DNA from: Pyrinomonadaceae bacterium
Lineage (GTDB): Bacteria > Acidobacteriota > Blastocatellia > Pyrinomonadales > Pyrinomonadaceae
Assembly (NCBI GenBank): GCA_041492345.1
Contig: JBGPWS010000001.1
Location: forward strand, 1-47,992
Direction: 5' to 3'
Length of the DNA: 47,992 nucleotides
A model generated the notes under the pieces. The model was not told the origin of the DNA. It ran no database searches and saw only the letters and a program-made list of their open reading frames with translations. Of the stretch, positions 17,297 to 27,534 are shown piece by piece (within the stretch, counting starts at the first letter, position 1; every line of letters starts with the position of its first letter). A program made the translations under genes and the position numbers.

Positions 17297-18826
17297 TCAA
17301 TTGCGCATGTTCGGAGGGGCGGCGTCAAAGAGTTTCTGCGCCAGCTTCGGGTCGAGTCGTTGCAGAATTGCATATTCCGCCTGAGCGCCGACCTTATTCC
17401 GCTGCGCAATGTGAACAAGTCCCATATAGTAATGCGCGGTCGCGTAATCACCTTTGAGACGGATAGCGGTGCGCAATGTTTCGGTCGCGGCCGGCAGCCG
17501 TCCCAATTTGAGATATGCAAAACCCAACTCGGTGTGCGCCTCGACATATTCCGGCTTCAATTGTATCGCCTCGCGCAGATGGTTCGCCGCTTCGGCATAG
17601 CGCTCCAGGTCGTTGTAGCTATAGCCGAGATTGTATCGCACCCGAGAGTTGTTTGGAGAAATGCGAATCGATTGCTCGTAGGCTGCGATCGCTTCCTGGT
17701 ATTGCTTCAGATCGCTGTAGTAAACATCACCCAGCCCCGTGTAGGCGACACCATAACCCGGCTTCAATCTAATCGCTTCACGATAGTTGATGACTGCTTC
17801 ATTGAACAGGCGCGGGGCCTGGGCTGAATTCCCTTCACCGACTTTGCGATTCGCGAAACCAAGCTCAACGAAAGCTTCCGGGTAAGCAGCCTGCAGTGCG
17901 ATCGCCTGCTTCGCCGCTCCCGTCGCCTCGGCATACCGGCCCAGCTCGTTATAGCACCAGGCCAGATTGTAAAAAGCAGTCGGGTTATCTTCCTTGTAAC
18001 GCACGCCCTGCCGGTAAGCTTCTGCCGCCTCCGCGTATTGCTTGGTTTGATAATAATAAGTGTCACCCAACCCAAGATAAGCGAGGCCATAATCGGGCTT
18101 CACCTGCACGGCGTTCTGGTACGCAGCGATCGCTTCCTGCGATCGGTTCAGTTTGAAATAGGCATAGCCGAGTTCCTCATGGGCTTCGGCATAACCGGCC
18201 TTGAGCGCCGCCGCCTGTCTCAGCGGTTCTATCGCCTGCGCGTACTGTCCCTGGTCGTTGTAGATCCAACCAATCTGATAGTACGGCGTCGCATAATCTC
18301 GTTTGACGGCAATCGCGCGCCGGTAGGCGTCCAGCGCCTCGTCGTAACGTTTCAGACTGCGGTATGAGTAGCCTAACTCGCTAAGAGCTATTGCGTCGCT
18401 CGGATTAAGACGGGCGGACTGCTGCAGCGCCGTGACTGCCTGATCGTAATCGTCGCGATCGTTGTAGATCCAACCGATGTGATAGTAGGCAAGCGCGATG
18501 GGCTTTAGCTGCACGGCTTTGAGGTAAAGTTCGAGCGCGTCGTCGTACTGCTTGGCTTCGAAGAGTTCATCACCCTGGCGATTGTATTGCTCCGCTGTGA
18601 CTCCTGTTTTGACCGGCGCCGGTCTCCGTATTGTCGTAGGTTTGCGCACGGTTGGGCGCTTGACCGCGGTGTTGCCGCGACTCGACTCTCCGCCGGTAGC
18701 AGCGCCCGTCGTGCTGCCGCCGCCCACGTCGTGTTGGGCCGTGGCGGCTCCGGCCGTTAATAAGAGCGCGCCCGCCAGCGCCAGGAACGATAGGGGACGA
18801 ATCTTAATCATTGGGGTTAACTCCAT
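17297..18826 (-). CDS. Secreted TPR-repeat protein
   Basis: Signal peptide (IRPLSFLALAGALLLTAGAATAQ), then more than 10 34-aa TPR units (e.g. 'YYxIGWIYNDxxxYxxA'). The start may be the internal Met at 18811. Confidence 0.85.
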   Translation of the reverse strand: MELTPMIKIRPLSFLALAGALLLTAGAATAQHDVGGGSTTGAATGGESSRGNTAVKRPTVRKPTTIRRPAPVKTGVTAEQYNRQGDELFEAKQYDDALELYLKAVQLKPIALAYYHIGWIYNDRDDYDQAVTALQQSARLNPSDAIALSELGYSYRSLKRYDEALDAYRRAIAVKRDYATPYYQIGWIYNDQGQYAQAIEPLRQAAALKAGYAEAHEELGYAYFKLNRSQEAIAAYQNAVQVKPDYGLAYLGLGDTYYYQTKQYAEAAEAYRQGVRYKEDNPTAFYNLAWCYNELGRYAEATGAAKQAIALQAAYPEAFVELGFANRKVGEGNSAQAPRLFNEAVINYREAIRLKPGYGVAYTGLGDVYYSDLKQYQEAIAAYEQSIRISPNNSRVRYNLGYSYNDLERYAEAANHLREAIQLKPEYVEAHTELGFAYLKLGRLPAATETLRTAIRLKGDYATAHYYMGLVHIAQRNKVGAQAEYAILQRLDPKLAQKLFDAAPPNMRN

Positions 18827-18894
18827 GTGCTAAAGTATGCGGCTCGAACGAACTCAGAAAGTGACGCTCAAGATTATAGAGTGAAGTTTGGCTG

Positions 18895-19197
18895 ATGCAA
18901 GAGCGACGAGCAGCAGAACGCCTGCGTATCGATCTCAACGCCCGTTGGGAAGCATTGAGGACCCAGGGCCGCGGCACAGTTTGTGACCTTAGCTCAATGG
19001 GCTGTTTTGTCTTAACCAGCGCCGAAGTTAAGCCGGGCGAATTGATCCGCCTGGAAATAAAATTTCCGCAGGAGATCTCCTCACTGTGGGGTCAGGTGGT
19101 TTACGCTGTCGCGGAAATCGGCTTTGCGCTGCGCTTTGCTTTCGCGGACGAGCACGATAAGCGTGTACTTGATGGATTGATCGAAAGCCTGAACTGA
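18895..19197 (+). CDS. PilZ-domain protein (c-di-GMP binding, putative)
   Basis: 100 aa. N-terminal 'RRAAERLRI' and 'GTVCDLSSMGCFV' correspond to the RxxxR / DxSxxG PilZ signatures. Confidence 0.7.
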   Translation: MQERRAAERLRIDLNARWEALRTQGRGTVCDLSSMGCFVLTSAEVKPGELIRLEIKFPQEISSLWGQVVYAVAEIGFALRFAFADEHDKRVLDGLIESLN

Positions 19198-19540
19198 ACG
19201 ACCTAGTTGAGAGAGAGAGATGTGCCTTTCACTTCCTGCGTCCTCTTGATGGTGCAAATCAGCCATAAATCTTTCAGCTCAGTAGGAGCGTGATGTTTAT
19301 AGCTCGCAAGACTAACGGGTTTCTTTAAGCTCCGGAGCGAAATACTTTTACATGTCGCTCCTGCGGAGCTTGGAGAATCCAGTGGCAGTAGTGGTTCAAT
19401 AAACACTTCGTGCCTGCGGCACGAAGAAGCAAATGGCGCGCTTAATAAATCGCATTCCTGCACTCGCTGCTCGTTTGACACCGCGATTTCGCATACGTTA
19501 ACGTACGAGGTTCGCCTAACCGCGAATATCCCCACAGTGC

Positions 19541-19616
<76 letters not shown>

Positions 19617-19881
19617 AAATTCCTAAGCATTTGCAGGATCGGACTGCGCATCTAGCGGCCCACGCTTTCGCTAATGGACTCTTCTGGACGTGCGGCGGAG
19701 TCTTGGATACTTGGGAGAAGCATCTTCACAGCCTTGTTCTGCGCCTTCCGCTTTTCGTTCGTCCAGCTACGAAGTGCCTGTCCATCGCGACCCTAAGATC
19801 AGAATAGCGAAGCAGTTATGGAATGACTTGGGGGTTCCCTCGATTCCCATTCTTGGTTGAAATCTAAATGCTCCCGTTTGA

Positions 19882-20097
19882 TCTCCAACCGTTGGCAGAC
19901 TGTCGGATGTTGCCGCATTACTGCGGCGGCAACATGACCACGCGGATCTATTCACAGAGCGACACTACGATCGCTACGGCAATCGCTTCAGGGGCGCGAA
20001 CTCGTGACTTGGTAGGAACTAGGTAGGACAGGGTGCATGGGACTCAAAATCCGTTGACCGTAAGGTCGGGTGGGTTTGACTCCCACCCTCCGCACCA
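19882..20097 (+). repeat. Direct repeat DR-1 (216 bp) ending in a tRNA-like 3' half
   Basis: Aligns end to end with 28938-29152, with 3 substitutions and a 1-nt indel. It contains a 10-bp hairpin ATGTTGCCGC/GCGGCAACAT (19907-19935). The 3' end reads ..CTCAAAATCC..GACCGTAAGGTC..GTGGGTTTGACTCCCAC-CCTCCGC-A-CCA. Confidence 0.9.
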
Positions 20098-20303
20098 ATT
20101 GTTTTCAATACTTTACAGAAGCGCCGAAGCATTTTCCGTGCTCGAGGTTGGGCCAACACAACGGATATTAGTCCGTTGTCTTCTCGGGGCTTTGACCTAA
20201 CACTATCCTGAACAAACTGGAGGCGAACGGCATCTCCTCACCGAACCATGCCCCAGGGCAGCTCCATCTCTGGGGCAATCCAAGGGTCTTCACGGAACTG
20301 CGG

Positions 20304-22109
20304 CTAGTTCTGAGATCTGGCTTCCAGTTCTCGGTAGTATTTCTGCATTACGTAGAACGCCTTCTTCCTCTCACCACGGTCTGAAATCAAGCCCTTTCGA
20401 TTGTGGAAATCTTGAATGCCCGGTAGGGGTCTGCGTGGCGAACGGAAATCCATCAGAATCCAGGGACACGTGCCACGCAGGAAGGAGATCCTCTTTAGCA
20501 TCTTGACCTGGTGCTGGTACAAGTTCTCCTGATACTCCTCGGTCCATCGCGTTAAGGCATCTCCATGATTTCCGTAGAGCGCGCCGCCGCCGAATTCACT
20601 CATGATCAGCGGCTTCTGATACTTGGTTTTCCATTCCAGTCGATCGGCCTTTTCAGGCAAACCATCGTACCAGCCCACATATTCGTTACAGCCGAGCACA
20701 TCAAGGTATTCTCCGAGCTGGTCATCAATCATCTCCGTTTGCTCGTCGAGATAGTGACGCTCCAGCGCGGCTGAAATCAATCGCGTTGAGTCCAAACTTT
20801 TGGCGCGTTCGATCAATTTCTTCAGAAATGCAAGGCGTGCGTCGCCAATTGGTGTCTCATTGGCCATCGACCAGATAATGACGGCCGCTCGGTTCTTATC
20901 GCGCGCTATCATCTCGCTCAGTTGCGTCTGGGCGTTATCGAACGTGGCGGGGTTTTCCCAAAGGATGGTCCAGTAAACCGGTATCTCGGACCAGACCATG
21001 ATTCCCAACCTATCAGCCTCCCTGACCATGAATTCATTGTGTGGATAGTGGGCGAGGCGAACAAAATTGCAGCCCAACTCTTTGGCCCAGCCGAGCAGGG
21101 TGAGCGCGTCCTCCTGACTAAAGGCTCGTCCTCCTCGGAAGGGCGCTTCTTCATGTATCGAGACGCCGCGCAGGAAGATGGGCCGGCCGTTCAGCAAGAT
21201 CTCAGTGCCTCGGGTTTCAATGCTGCGAAAGCCAATCTGATCCTGCACGCGATCGGTTTCCGCTTCGATCACCACATCGTAAAGTTTTGGATTGCTTGGG
21301 GACCATAAGGTCAGATCGGCGTTGAAGCTAATTTGTGCGTATCCATTCGCGTCGGTAGTGAAGGATCTGCTGACTCTGGCTTCAGGAATACGCACTGTTA
21401 CTCTTTGATTGGGCTTATCTCCATTCAGTCTCACCCAGCCGCTGACCCGTTCTCGCGACCCCTTCTGGAGTTGGATGAAGTAGTCCTGCACGAAGGTGGC
21501 TGGCGTCTCGAGGAGCTTTACCTCACGAGTGAGCCCGCCATAATTCCACCAATCAGTGTTCAATGTCGGAACCGCGTCACGCCGCCGCTGGTTGTCTACT
21601 TTCACGATCAGGGAATTCGATTTGTCTCGAACCAGATTGGTTACTTCAAAATTGAATGGCGTGAATCCGCCCTCATGCCGTCCGAGCTTCTCTCCGTTGA
21701 GATAGACATCGGCGAGATAGTTGGCCGCGCCGAAATAGACGAAGAGACGTGTGTTCGGTTTTTTTTGATAGTCAAAGGATTTCTTGTACCAGATGGTGCC
21801 TTCGTAAAGCAGCAGGCGCTCTTTTTGAGTGTTCCAATCTCCCGGCACCGCCAGTGATTCAGAGGTGTCGAAGTCATATTCAATCAGATCGCTTTTGGTC
21901 TTCGGCTTTGCGTCTTTGAAATAGCCATCGGCACTCGGTTGATAACGATAATCATAGTAGCCGGTCTCGTACGGATCGATGATCGTCCGCCATTGGCCAT
22001 CGAGGCTGATGGTCTTTCGGCCATCCGTGTTTGCGACTAGACCAATTTGCTGCGCTCGCACACACGAAACAACCGCGATCAGGGTGATTAGAAGTAGCAG
22101 CGCTTTCAT
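20304..22109 (-). CDS. Glycoside hydrolase family 2 (beta-glucuronidase/beta-galactosidase-like), secreted
   Basis: Signal peptide MKALLLLITLIAVVSCVRAQ. It has a GH2 sugar-binding N-terminus, 'WSMANE' (acid/base region) and 'MSEFGGGA' (nucleophile region). Confidence 0.85.
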   Translation of the reverse strand: MKALLLLITLIAVVSCVRAQQIGLVANTDGRKTISLDGQWRTIIDPYETGYYDYRYQPSADGYFKDAKPKTKSDLIEYDFDTSESLAVPGDWNTQKERLLLYEGTIWYKKSFDYQKKPNTRLFVYFGAANYLADVYLNGEKLGRHEGGFTPFNFEVTNLVRDKSNSLIVKVDNQRRRDAVPTLNTDWWNYGGLTREVKLLETPATFVQDYFIQLQKGSRERVSGWVRLNGDKPNQRVTVRIPEARVSRSFTTDANGYAQISFNADLTLWSPSNPKLYDVVIEAETDRVQDQIGFRSIETRGTEILLNGRPIFLRGVSIHEEAPFRGGRAFSQEDALTLLGWAKELGCNFVRLAHYPHNEFMVREADRLGIMVWSEIPVYWTILWENPATFDNAQTQLSEMIARDKNRAAVIIWSMANETPIGDARLAFLKKLIERAKSLDSTRLISAALERHYLDEQTEMIDDQLGEYLDVLGCNEYVGWYDGLPEKADRLEWKTKYQKPLIMSEFGGGALYGNHGDALTRWTEEYQENLYQHQVKMLKRISFLRGTCPWILMDFRSPRRPLPGIQDFHNRKGLISDRGERKKAFYVMQKYYRELEARSQN

Positions 22110-22316
22110 CTTAAGACTCTATCAAGTTTCGGCGAGTTCGCCCCACGATTTCTAAACTATCCTCTCGATGATAGCGAAGGATTTCAAGCCGCGTGAGCAG
22201 ACTGCAGCATAAGCCTTCCTGTCTCGGAAGCAAGGAGAGGACAGGCACGGAGCAGCGATTTCATTCATCTGAAGCTTGGGTCTCCACTTTCTCGACCAGC
22301 GCAAAGATCGCACTGT

Positions 22317-25300
22317 CTAGAAGGTAAATCTCGCCCCAAACTGAAGGTTACGCGGAGGATTCGTCCCACTGATTTGGCCAAAGCCCCCGCCGGTAACGGA
22401 AGTGCCTGGATTACCCCAATTGGTCCGATTGAAGACGTTGAATGCGTCCACCTGAATTGCCAGGCTCATGCCTTCTCTGGGCAGACTGAAGGTCTTACGC
22501 AACGACAAGTCCCACGCGTAATAGCCCGGGCCGATGATGTTGCCGACTGGCGCAGTTCCCGCGCTGCTGTTTGATTCCTGCGTAAAGGCAGCTGGATTGA
22601 ACCAACACTTCTTGCCCGTCGGGCAGGTGTAGCCAGAGTAAAGCGGCACGCCGGTTACGATATTCGCGCGTCGCGTAAAGGACGTGACTCCTGAGCCGGA
22701 CGGCCCAATCGTCTGCGTGCCTGACACGGTAAGGGGCGCGCCGGATTGCACGCGGGTAATGCCGCTGATTTCCCAACCGGACAGAACCGCATGTCCGGCC
22801 CCCTTCAAATGATTAAAGAAGGGAAAGTTGTAGGAGTAGGTAGCGACGAAGATGTTCCGCCGGTCGAAACCCAGCGGTCCATAGTAAAACTGTTGCCAGC
22901 TTACTATCGATCCATCGGCGCGCTGGCAAGTGAACGGACATTCAGGTTCGGGGTTGTCGTTGATACCGCTCGCATCGCCTTGTGCTTTGGAATAGGTATA
23001 ACTAATCGTCGCGATCAGGTTTCCCTTACGTTTCGTGGCATAGATCTGCAAGGCGTTGTACTTCGAGTCTGCGTCACCTCGAAACTGTGTGATATCCGTG
23101 TAACCGAGGTAGGGGCGCTCCTGGTTCGTTGTTTTTCCAACATTAGCGGCGGCCGTTGCAAATGTCGGCACATTGATATTCGGCTGTCGGACTAAATGCC
23201 GTCCCTGATTGCCAACATAGGCTACTTCCAGGAAAATCCCATGGCGCAACTCTCGCTGGACGCTGACGCTGTACTGCAGCACACGAGCAACCACAAAGTT
23301 AGGGTCGACCGCACTGAGACCAAAAATGGTTGGTGTTACTCCGGCGCCGCCGGACGGATTCGACACATTGGCATTCGAATACGTCACCGCCTGCAGAAAC
23401 GGAACAACGCCTGGTTGGCCGAAAATGATGTTGCCTTCGGGCTTGTCGAAGAAGAGTCCAAAGCCGCCACGAATTGCCGTCTTGTCATTACGGAAAGGCG
23501 AATATGCGAAGCCGAAACGCGGTCCGAACAGATTCTCAGGCTTGTAGAAACCGCGAGGCGCACTCGCGGGAACGGCGGTCACGAAGGGACTGTTTCCGCC
23601 TGGCACTCGGCCCAACTGGCCGGCGGGCACGGCCCCGGGGCGCACCAGTCCATTAATCACAAATCCATTATCGAGCAAGCCGCCTATCGGAATGTTGTTG
23701 GTGCCGACGGTCGGAGCCTGAGCCGGATTGTAAAGGCTCGGGTCAAAGTTCACCATGTTGTTCGCCTGGGTATATGTCGGTCCCGTGCGCAAATATCGCA
23801 CGCCGAGTTCGAGACTCAACTTCCGGTTAACTTTCCAACTGTCGTTGATATAAGCCTCGAAGTCGTTAAAGCGAAAATGGCCCAGCGGATCTGCCGATTG
23901 TTGACTGAAAGTCTGAAAGTTTCCCATTAGCGCGTCGGCAAATGGATCTCCCGTCGTATTCGGATTGCCGCTGGTGCTGAAATTGATCGCGCCATTGTAG
24001 GAATTGGGACGCGAATTCTGATCCTTACGATTGCGCGCGAACATTGCTCCAAACTTCAGGGTATGACTTCCCTTGAGCCAGGTAACGTTATCCGAAGGAG
24101 CGATGTCCGTGGTCGGAGCGATCAACGAGAAATAAGGACCTGAGAATTGAGCGGGCGCCGCTGTCGGGAAAGCACTGCCGATTCCAGTAAAGGTGACGTG
24201 CGGAATGCCGTCGGGATAAGTCCCCCCAAAACCGAGTGGCGGCGTAAACACAAATCCGTAGGTGCTCCGTTGCCAAGTGGTGCCGGTCGGAGGAATGCGC
24301 TGCTTGTTCCAGGAAACGTTGAGTTTAGCTTCGTTGATGAGACGCGGACTGACCGTCCACACTTCCCCTACCTGGTAACTGTACCCCGGACGGATTCGGT
24401 TAGTGGGCGTCGTCGGCAGTCCGCCGGGAGTAAACGTTCCAAACGCATCGATCAAGTTAAGACTATCGTGTATGTAGCGACCGTAAAGACTGTGCTTCGC
24501 ATTGATCTGATAATCGAGCCGGACGATGTCCTCGCGCCAGTTTTGCGGATTGTTAGGCTGAAAGGTTGCGTTGTTGGACGTCGGCGTGTTGTTGAAAGTG
24601 CTGGCTTGCTTGGACATTAGGGCGTACACCGCGGCAATGGCTTTGCCGTCTGCTGTTATGCACTGTGGCGACAGGACGTTGTTTGTGATCGTACAGCCCG
24701 CCGGAGCATTGGGCGGCGCGTGGAGCGTCAGTCCCGTTACATCTCTAAAATCACCGCCAAGCTCGGCTGTAGTCGGAACAGTCATGTTTTGCGGCGAGGC
24801 CGATTGACGAATTCTCTTCCACTCTTCGCCGGCAAAGAAGAAAAGCTTGTCATGTATTATTGGGCCGCCGACGTTCCATCCAAAGTCATTGAATCGGAGC
24901 CTAGGCTTTACCGCCGGCGAGGTCGGCGTCGCATTCAGCTTGGAAGCTACATTGATCGCGTCGAATCGATCTTCGCGAAAATATTCAAAACCTCCGCCGT
25001 GAAACTTGTTCCCACCGCTTCGCGTCACCACGTTGACCGATGCGCCGTCGTTTCGTCCATATTCCGCTGAGAAGTTCGAAGTTTGGACCGCGACTTCGCG
25101 AACAAAATCAAGCCCCACATTGTTAAGTTGCGTCGCATTCGACCCACCGTCCAGATTGAAACCGCCATCCACGGTAAAAAGGTTTCCGTCGGCGCGATTG
25201 CCATTGACGCTCGCCGCGGTCGTGGACATGCCTGTGGTCAGCGAAGTCTGATCGAAGGTAGTGAGCGCCGCGCCAGGAATGAGAGAGACCAATTGCGCGT

Positions 25301-25805
25301 AGTTTCGCTGGTTCAATGCCAGGTCTTGCACCTGATGTGTATCAACCGTGCGGGACAACTCGCCGGACGTAGTATTAACGGTTTCGCCCGCAGCCCCCGT
25401 GGAGACCGTCACGGTTTCAGACACCTCGCCCACCTCAACCGTGATGTTGATCGTAAGCCGCGCGTCCGCAGCCAAAACATTATCCGCCTTCAGCGCCTTC
25501 TTGAATCCCTTGCTCTCCACCAAAATGGTGTAAGTGCCAACCGGCAGATTCGTCGCAGTGTAGAATCCGCTCTCGTCGGTGGTAACATTACGCGCCAAAT
25601 TCGTAGCGCTATTTGTCAACGTGACGGAGGCATTCGGGATTCCTGCCCCCTCCTTATCCCGCACAGCTCCAGAGATGCGCCCGAAGATCGTTTGACCCTG
25701 TACGCTCACGCCACCGTAGGCCATCAAACAAATCAGCAATACGAGCAGTATGCGAATTCGCCTTTCGGCAAAGTGGTCCGAGCACGACTCGGTTGTGCTT
25801 AACAT
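22317..25805 (-). CDS. TonB-dependent outer-membrane receptor with N-terminal carboxypeptidase-regulatory-like domain
   Basis: ATG 25805 lies 8 nt after GGAGG. It has a signal peptide and 'GRISGAVRDKEGAGIPNASVTLTN...TDESGFYTATNLPVGTYTI' (CarbopepD_reg-type). A long beta-barrel ends in 'LQFGARFTF' (terminal Phe). Confidence 0.85.
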   Translation of the reverse strand: MLSTTESCSDHFAERRIRILLVLLICLMAYGGVSVQGQTIFGRISGAVRDKEGAGIPNASVTLTNSATNLARNVTTDESGFYTATNLPVGTYTILVESKGFKKALKADNVLAADARLTINITVEVGEVSETVTVSTGAAGETVNTTSGELSRTVDTHQVQDLALNQRNYAQLVSLIPGAALTTFDQTSLTTGMSTTAASVNGNRADGNLFTVDGGFNLDGGSNATQLNNVGLDFVREVAVQTSNFSAEYGRNDGASVNVVTRSGGNKFHGGGFEYFREDRFDAINVASKLNATPTSPAVKPRLRFNDFGWNVGGPIIHDKLFFFAGEEWKRIRQSASPQNMTVPTTAELGGDFRDVTGLTLHAPPNAPAGCTITNNVLSPQCITADGKAIAAVYALMSKQASTFNNTPTSNNATFQPNNPQNWREDIVRLDYQINAKHSLYGRYIHDSLNLIDAFGTFTPGGLPTTPTNRIRPGYSYQVGEVWTVSPRLINEAKLNVSWNKQRIPPTGTTWQRSTYGFVFTPPLGFGGTYPDGIPHVTFTGIGSAFPTAAPAQFSGPYFSLIAPTTDIAPSDNVTWLKGSHTLKFGAMFARNRKDQNSRPNSYNGAINFSTSGNPNTTGDPFADALMGNFQTFSQQSADPLGHFRFNDFEAYINDSWKVNRKLSLELGVRYLRTGPTYTQANNMVNFDPSLYNPAQAPTVGTNNIPIGGLLDNGFVINGLVRPGAVPAGQLGRVPGGNSPFVTAVPASAPRGFYKPENLFGPRFGFAYSPFRNDKTAIRGGFGLFFDKPEGNIIFGQPGVVPFLQAVTYSNANVSNPSGGAGVTPTIFGLSAVDPNFVVARVLQYSVSVQRELRHGIFLEVAYVGNQGRHLVRQPNINVPTFATAAANVGKTTNQERPYLGYTDITQFRGDADSKYNALQIYATKRKGNLIATISYTYSKAQGDASGINDNPEPECPFTCQRADGSIVSWQQFYYGPLGFDRRNIFVATYSYNFPFFNHLKGAGHAVLSGWEISGITRVQSGAPLTVSGTQTIGPSGSGVTSFTRRANIVTGVPLYSGYTCPTGKKCWFNPAAFTQESNSSAGTAPVGNIIGPGYYAWDLSLRKTFSLPREGMSLAIQVDAFNVFNRTNWGNPGTSVTGGGFGQISGTNPPRNLQFGARFTF

Positions 25806-25806
25806 G

Positions 25807-26013
25807 TCAGTAACCTCCAATAAAGATTTTGAACTGAAAGCAGCGGAACACCTGCAGCCGAACGGCGGTGCCGTTGCCAGCAGACAAGTTAGTCTGAGCC
25901 GCACGAAAGATCGGCTGACGCTCGCGGATCAAATTCAGCATCATCTCGCGGTTTATCTCGCGTAAGATCGTGCGGGTAGCGACGCGGAGGTCTCGGTTGT
26001 TAATGTTACGCAT
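25807..26013 (-). pseudogene. 5' remnant of a ROK-family regulator (only the N-terminal winged-helix start is recognisable)
   Basis: ATG 26013 after AGGAG. 'RVATRTILREINREMMLNLIRERQPI' matches the conserved N-terminus of ROK repressors. The similarity is then lost and the frame stops after 68 codons (ROK proteins are ~400 aa). The stop lies 1 nt before the TonB-receptor ATG. Confidence 0.45.
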
Positions 26014-26170
26014 CCCAGGCTCCTTAGTGTTTGCGGTGCGAAACAATTCACTGCTCAGCTCCCCAATTCCCGAAGAGATAGTGTGAGGAATTCCATTTGA
26101 AGCTGTTCCACAAAGCTGAGCGGTCGAGTAGCGTGCCGACATTTAGCAGAAGTCTCGATGGTTGTCAAGC

Positions 26171-26188
26171 TAGAAAATCGATTTTCTA
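26171..26188. promoter_or_regulatory. Perfect 18-bp palindrome, candidate LacI-family operator
   Basis: TAGAAAATCGATTTTCTA has a central CG. It lies in the divergent region between the TonB-receptor/GH2 operon and the LacI gene. Confidence 0.55.
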
Positions 26189-26343
26189 AGGCATCTCAAG
26201 CTACGCTAGCGACCAAGTTCTGGTGCGTCACGCTCGCCGATGCGGTAGACTGGCGTGCGATTCGGCTTTCTGCCATTTCAACCAGCCGGTAAGAAACGTT
26301 TGGGTTCTTCTATATCTTTTATCGGACGCGAGGATACGCTCTT

Positions 26344-27414
26344 ATGAAAGCTCGGAAGAGGAATGACGCGAAACAGTCCACAGTGACATTGAAAACCGTT
26401 GCCGAGCATGTTGGGCTCACGCCCGGAACAGTTTCGGCTGTTCTTAACAACTCGCCTGCATCTCGTTCCTTCCCGCAACACACGAAGAATCGGATTCTAG
26501 CAGCGGCGCGCGAACTGAATTATCGTCCTAATTTCTTTGCCCGCTCCCTGCGCGTAAAGCGCACGTATACGATCGGTGTGATCACCGAGGAGATAGGTGA
26601 CCCTTACGGCGGAATGGTCATTAGCGGCATTGAGCAATATCTGAGGCAGCGTGATTTTTTCTTCTTAGCTGTGGCTCATCGACATGACACCAAACTTCTC
26701 CAAACATATGCCCATCTCCTGCTGGAAAGAGGCGTCGAAGGCTTCATTACGGTGGATACATCAATCAGCGAACCGCCAGCGCTTCCGACAATCGCGGTCG
26801 CCGGGCACCGGCTGGTAAAGGGTGTGACGAATCTGATTCTGGATCACCGGAGTGCGGCCCAGATGGCGCTTATGCATCTGAACAAGCTGGGCCACAAAGA
26901 GATCGCGTTCATGAAAGGTCCGACGAGCAGCTCGGATGCTGAAGATCGTTGGAAGGCCATCGTCCGAGTCAGCGACGAACTGGGCATTCGTATCAATCCG
27001 GAGCTGGTAATTCGGCTTAAGGGCGACAAGGTGACGCCGGATCTCGGATACGTGTTCGCGAAGAGACTCCTTGCTCGAAACCATGGACCATTCACTGCGC
27101 TGTTTGCTTATAACGATACTTCCGCTATCGGCGCCATTCGAGCAATCCATGAGGCGGGCCTGCAGGTTCCCGACGATGTTTCTGTTGTGGGCTTCGACGA
27201 TATCGAGAGCGCAGCCTACAACAACCCAGCCATCACGACGGTGCGTCAACCGCTTCAAAAAATGGGTGAGATCGCGGCGCAAACTCTGCTGAACCAAATC
27301 GAGAACGGCGAGCCTTATGTTGCCGAAATCACCATCGAACCTGAATTTGTTGTGCGCAGTTCGACCGCACGCGCGCGCAAAAATCGCAAACCAGGCGAAC
27401 TGAAGCTCGCTTAG
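26344..27414 (+). CDS. LacI-family transcriptional regulator
   Basis: HTH 'VTLKTVAEHVGLTPGTVSAVLNNS' with 'YRPNFFARSL', then a periplasmic-binding-protein-like sugar-binding fold. Confidence 0.9.
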   Translation: MKARKRNDAKQSTVTLKTVAEHVGLTPGTVSAVLNNSPASRSFPQHTKNRILAAARELNYRPNFFARSLRVKRTYTIGVITEEIGDPYGGMVISGIEQYLRQRDFFFLAVAHRHDTKLLQTYAHLLLERGVEGFITVDTSISEPPALPTIAVAGHRLVKGVTNLILDHRSAAQMALMHLNKLGHKEIAFMKGPTSSSDAEDRWKAIVRVSDELGIRINPELVIRLKGDKVTPDLGYVFAKRLLARNHGPFTALFAYNDTSAIGAIRAIHEAGLQVPDDVSVVGFDDIESAAYNNPAITTVRQPLQKMGEIAAQTLLNQIENGEPYVAEITIEPEFVVRSSTARARKNRKPGELKLA

Positions 27415-27534
27415 AAACGAACCCTGTCGGCGCACTAGCAGTTTCGCGGAGATTCGCGGACGCGAGTCAATGCCTCTAGCTGCGAAATTGAGTGTGGCTT
27501 AGGGCGCCGCATCCGTCGTAAGGTCGGTCTCATT

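Noticed and set aside
16201-17457. 418-aa plus-strand ORF, and similar long ORFs at 1204-2172, 26761-27435, 31396-31896, 37939-38559 and 25083-25802
   Set aside because: Each lies antisense to a gene with unambiguous family motifs (HDAC, giant adhesin, LacI, tyrA, M64, TonB receptor). They are Arg/Ala/Pro-rich, as expected from shadow frames in GC-rich DNA.
19617-19881. Possible decayed tyrosine-integrase fragment between tRNA-Glu and DR-1
   Set aside because: Short minus-strand stretches (e.g. 'TKNGNRG..VIP', 'FHNCFAIL', 'EKRKAQNKAVKML') vaguely recall integrase boxes. They lie in different frames, are too closely spaced and lack R..HxxR..Y. I could not support the call without an HMM search.
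19882-20097. Direct repeat as the 3' part of a tmRNA (ssrA) gene, a classic island target
   Set aside because: The acceptor 3' strand is CCTCCGC-ACCA, so position 70 would pair as G3-C70 rather than the G3-U70 wobble needed for alanylation. There is no GGGG...TTCGAC 5' end at the expected distance. No tag ORF ending in ..AA-stop is visible upstream (19700-19900).
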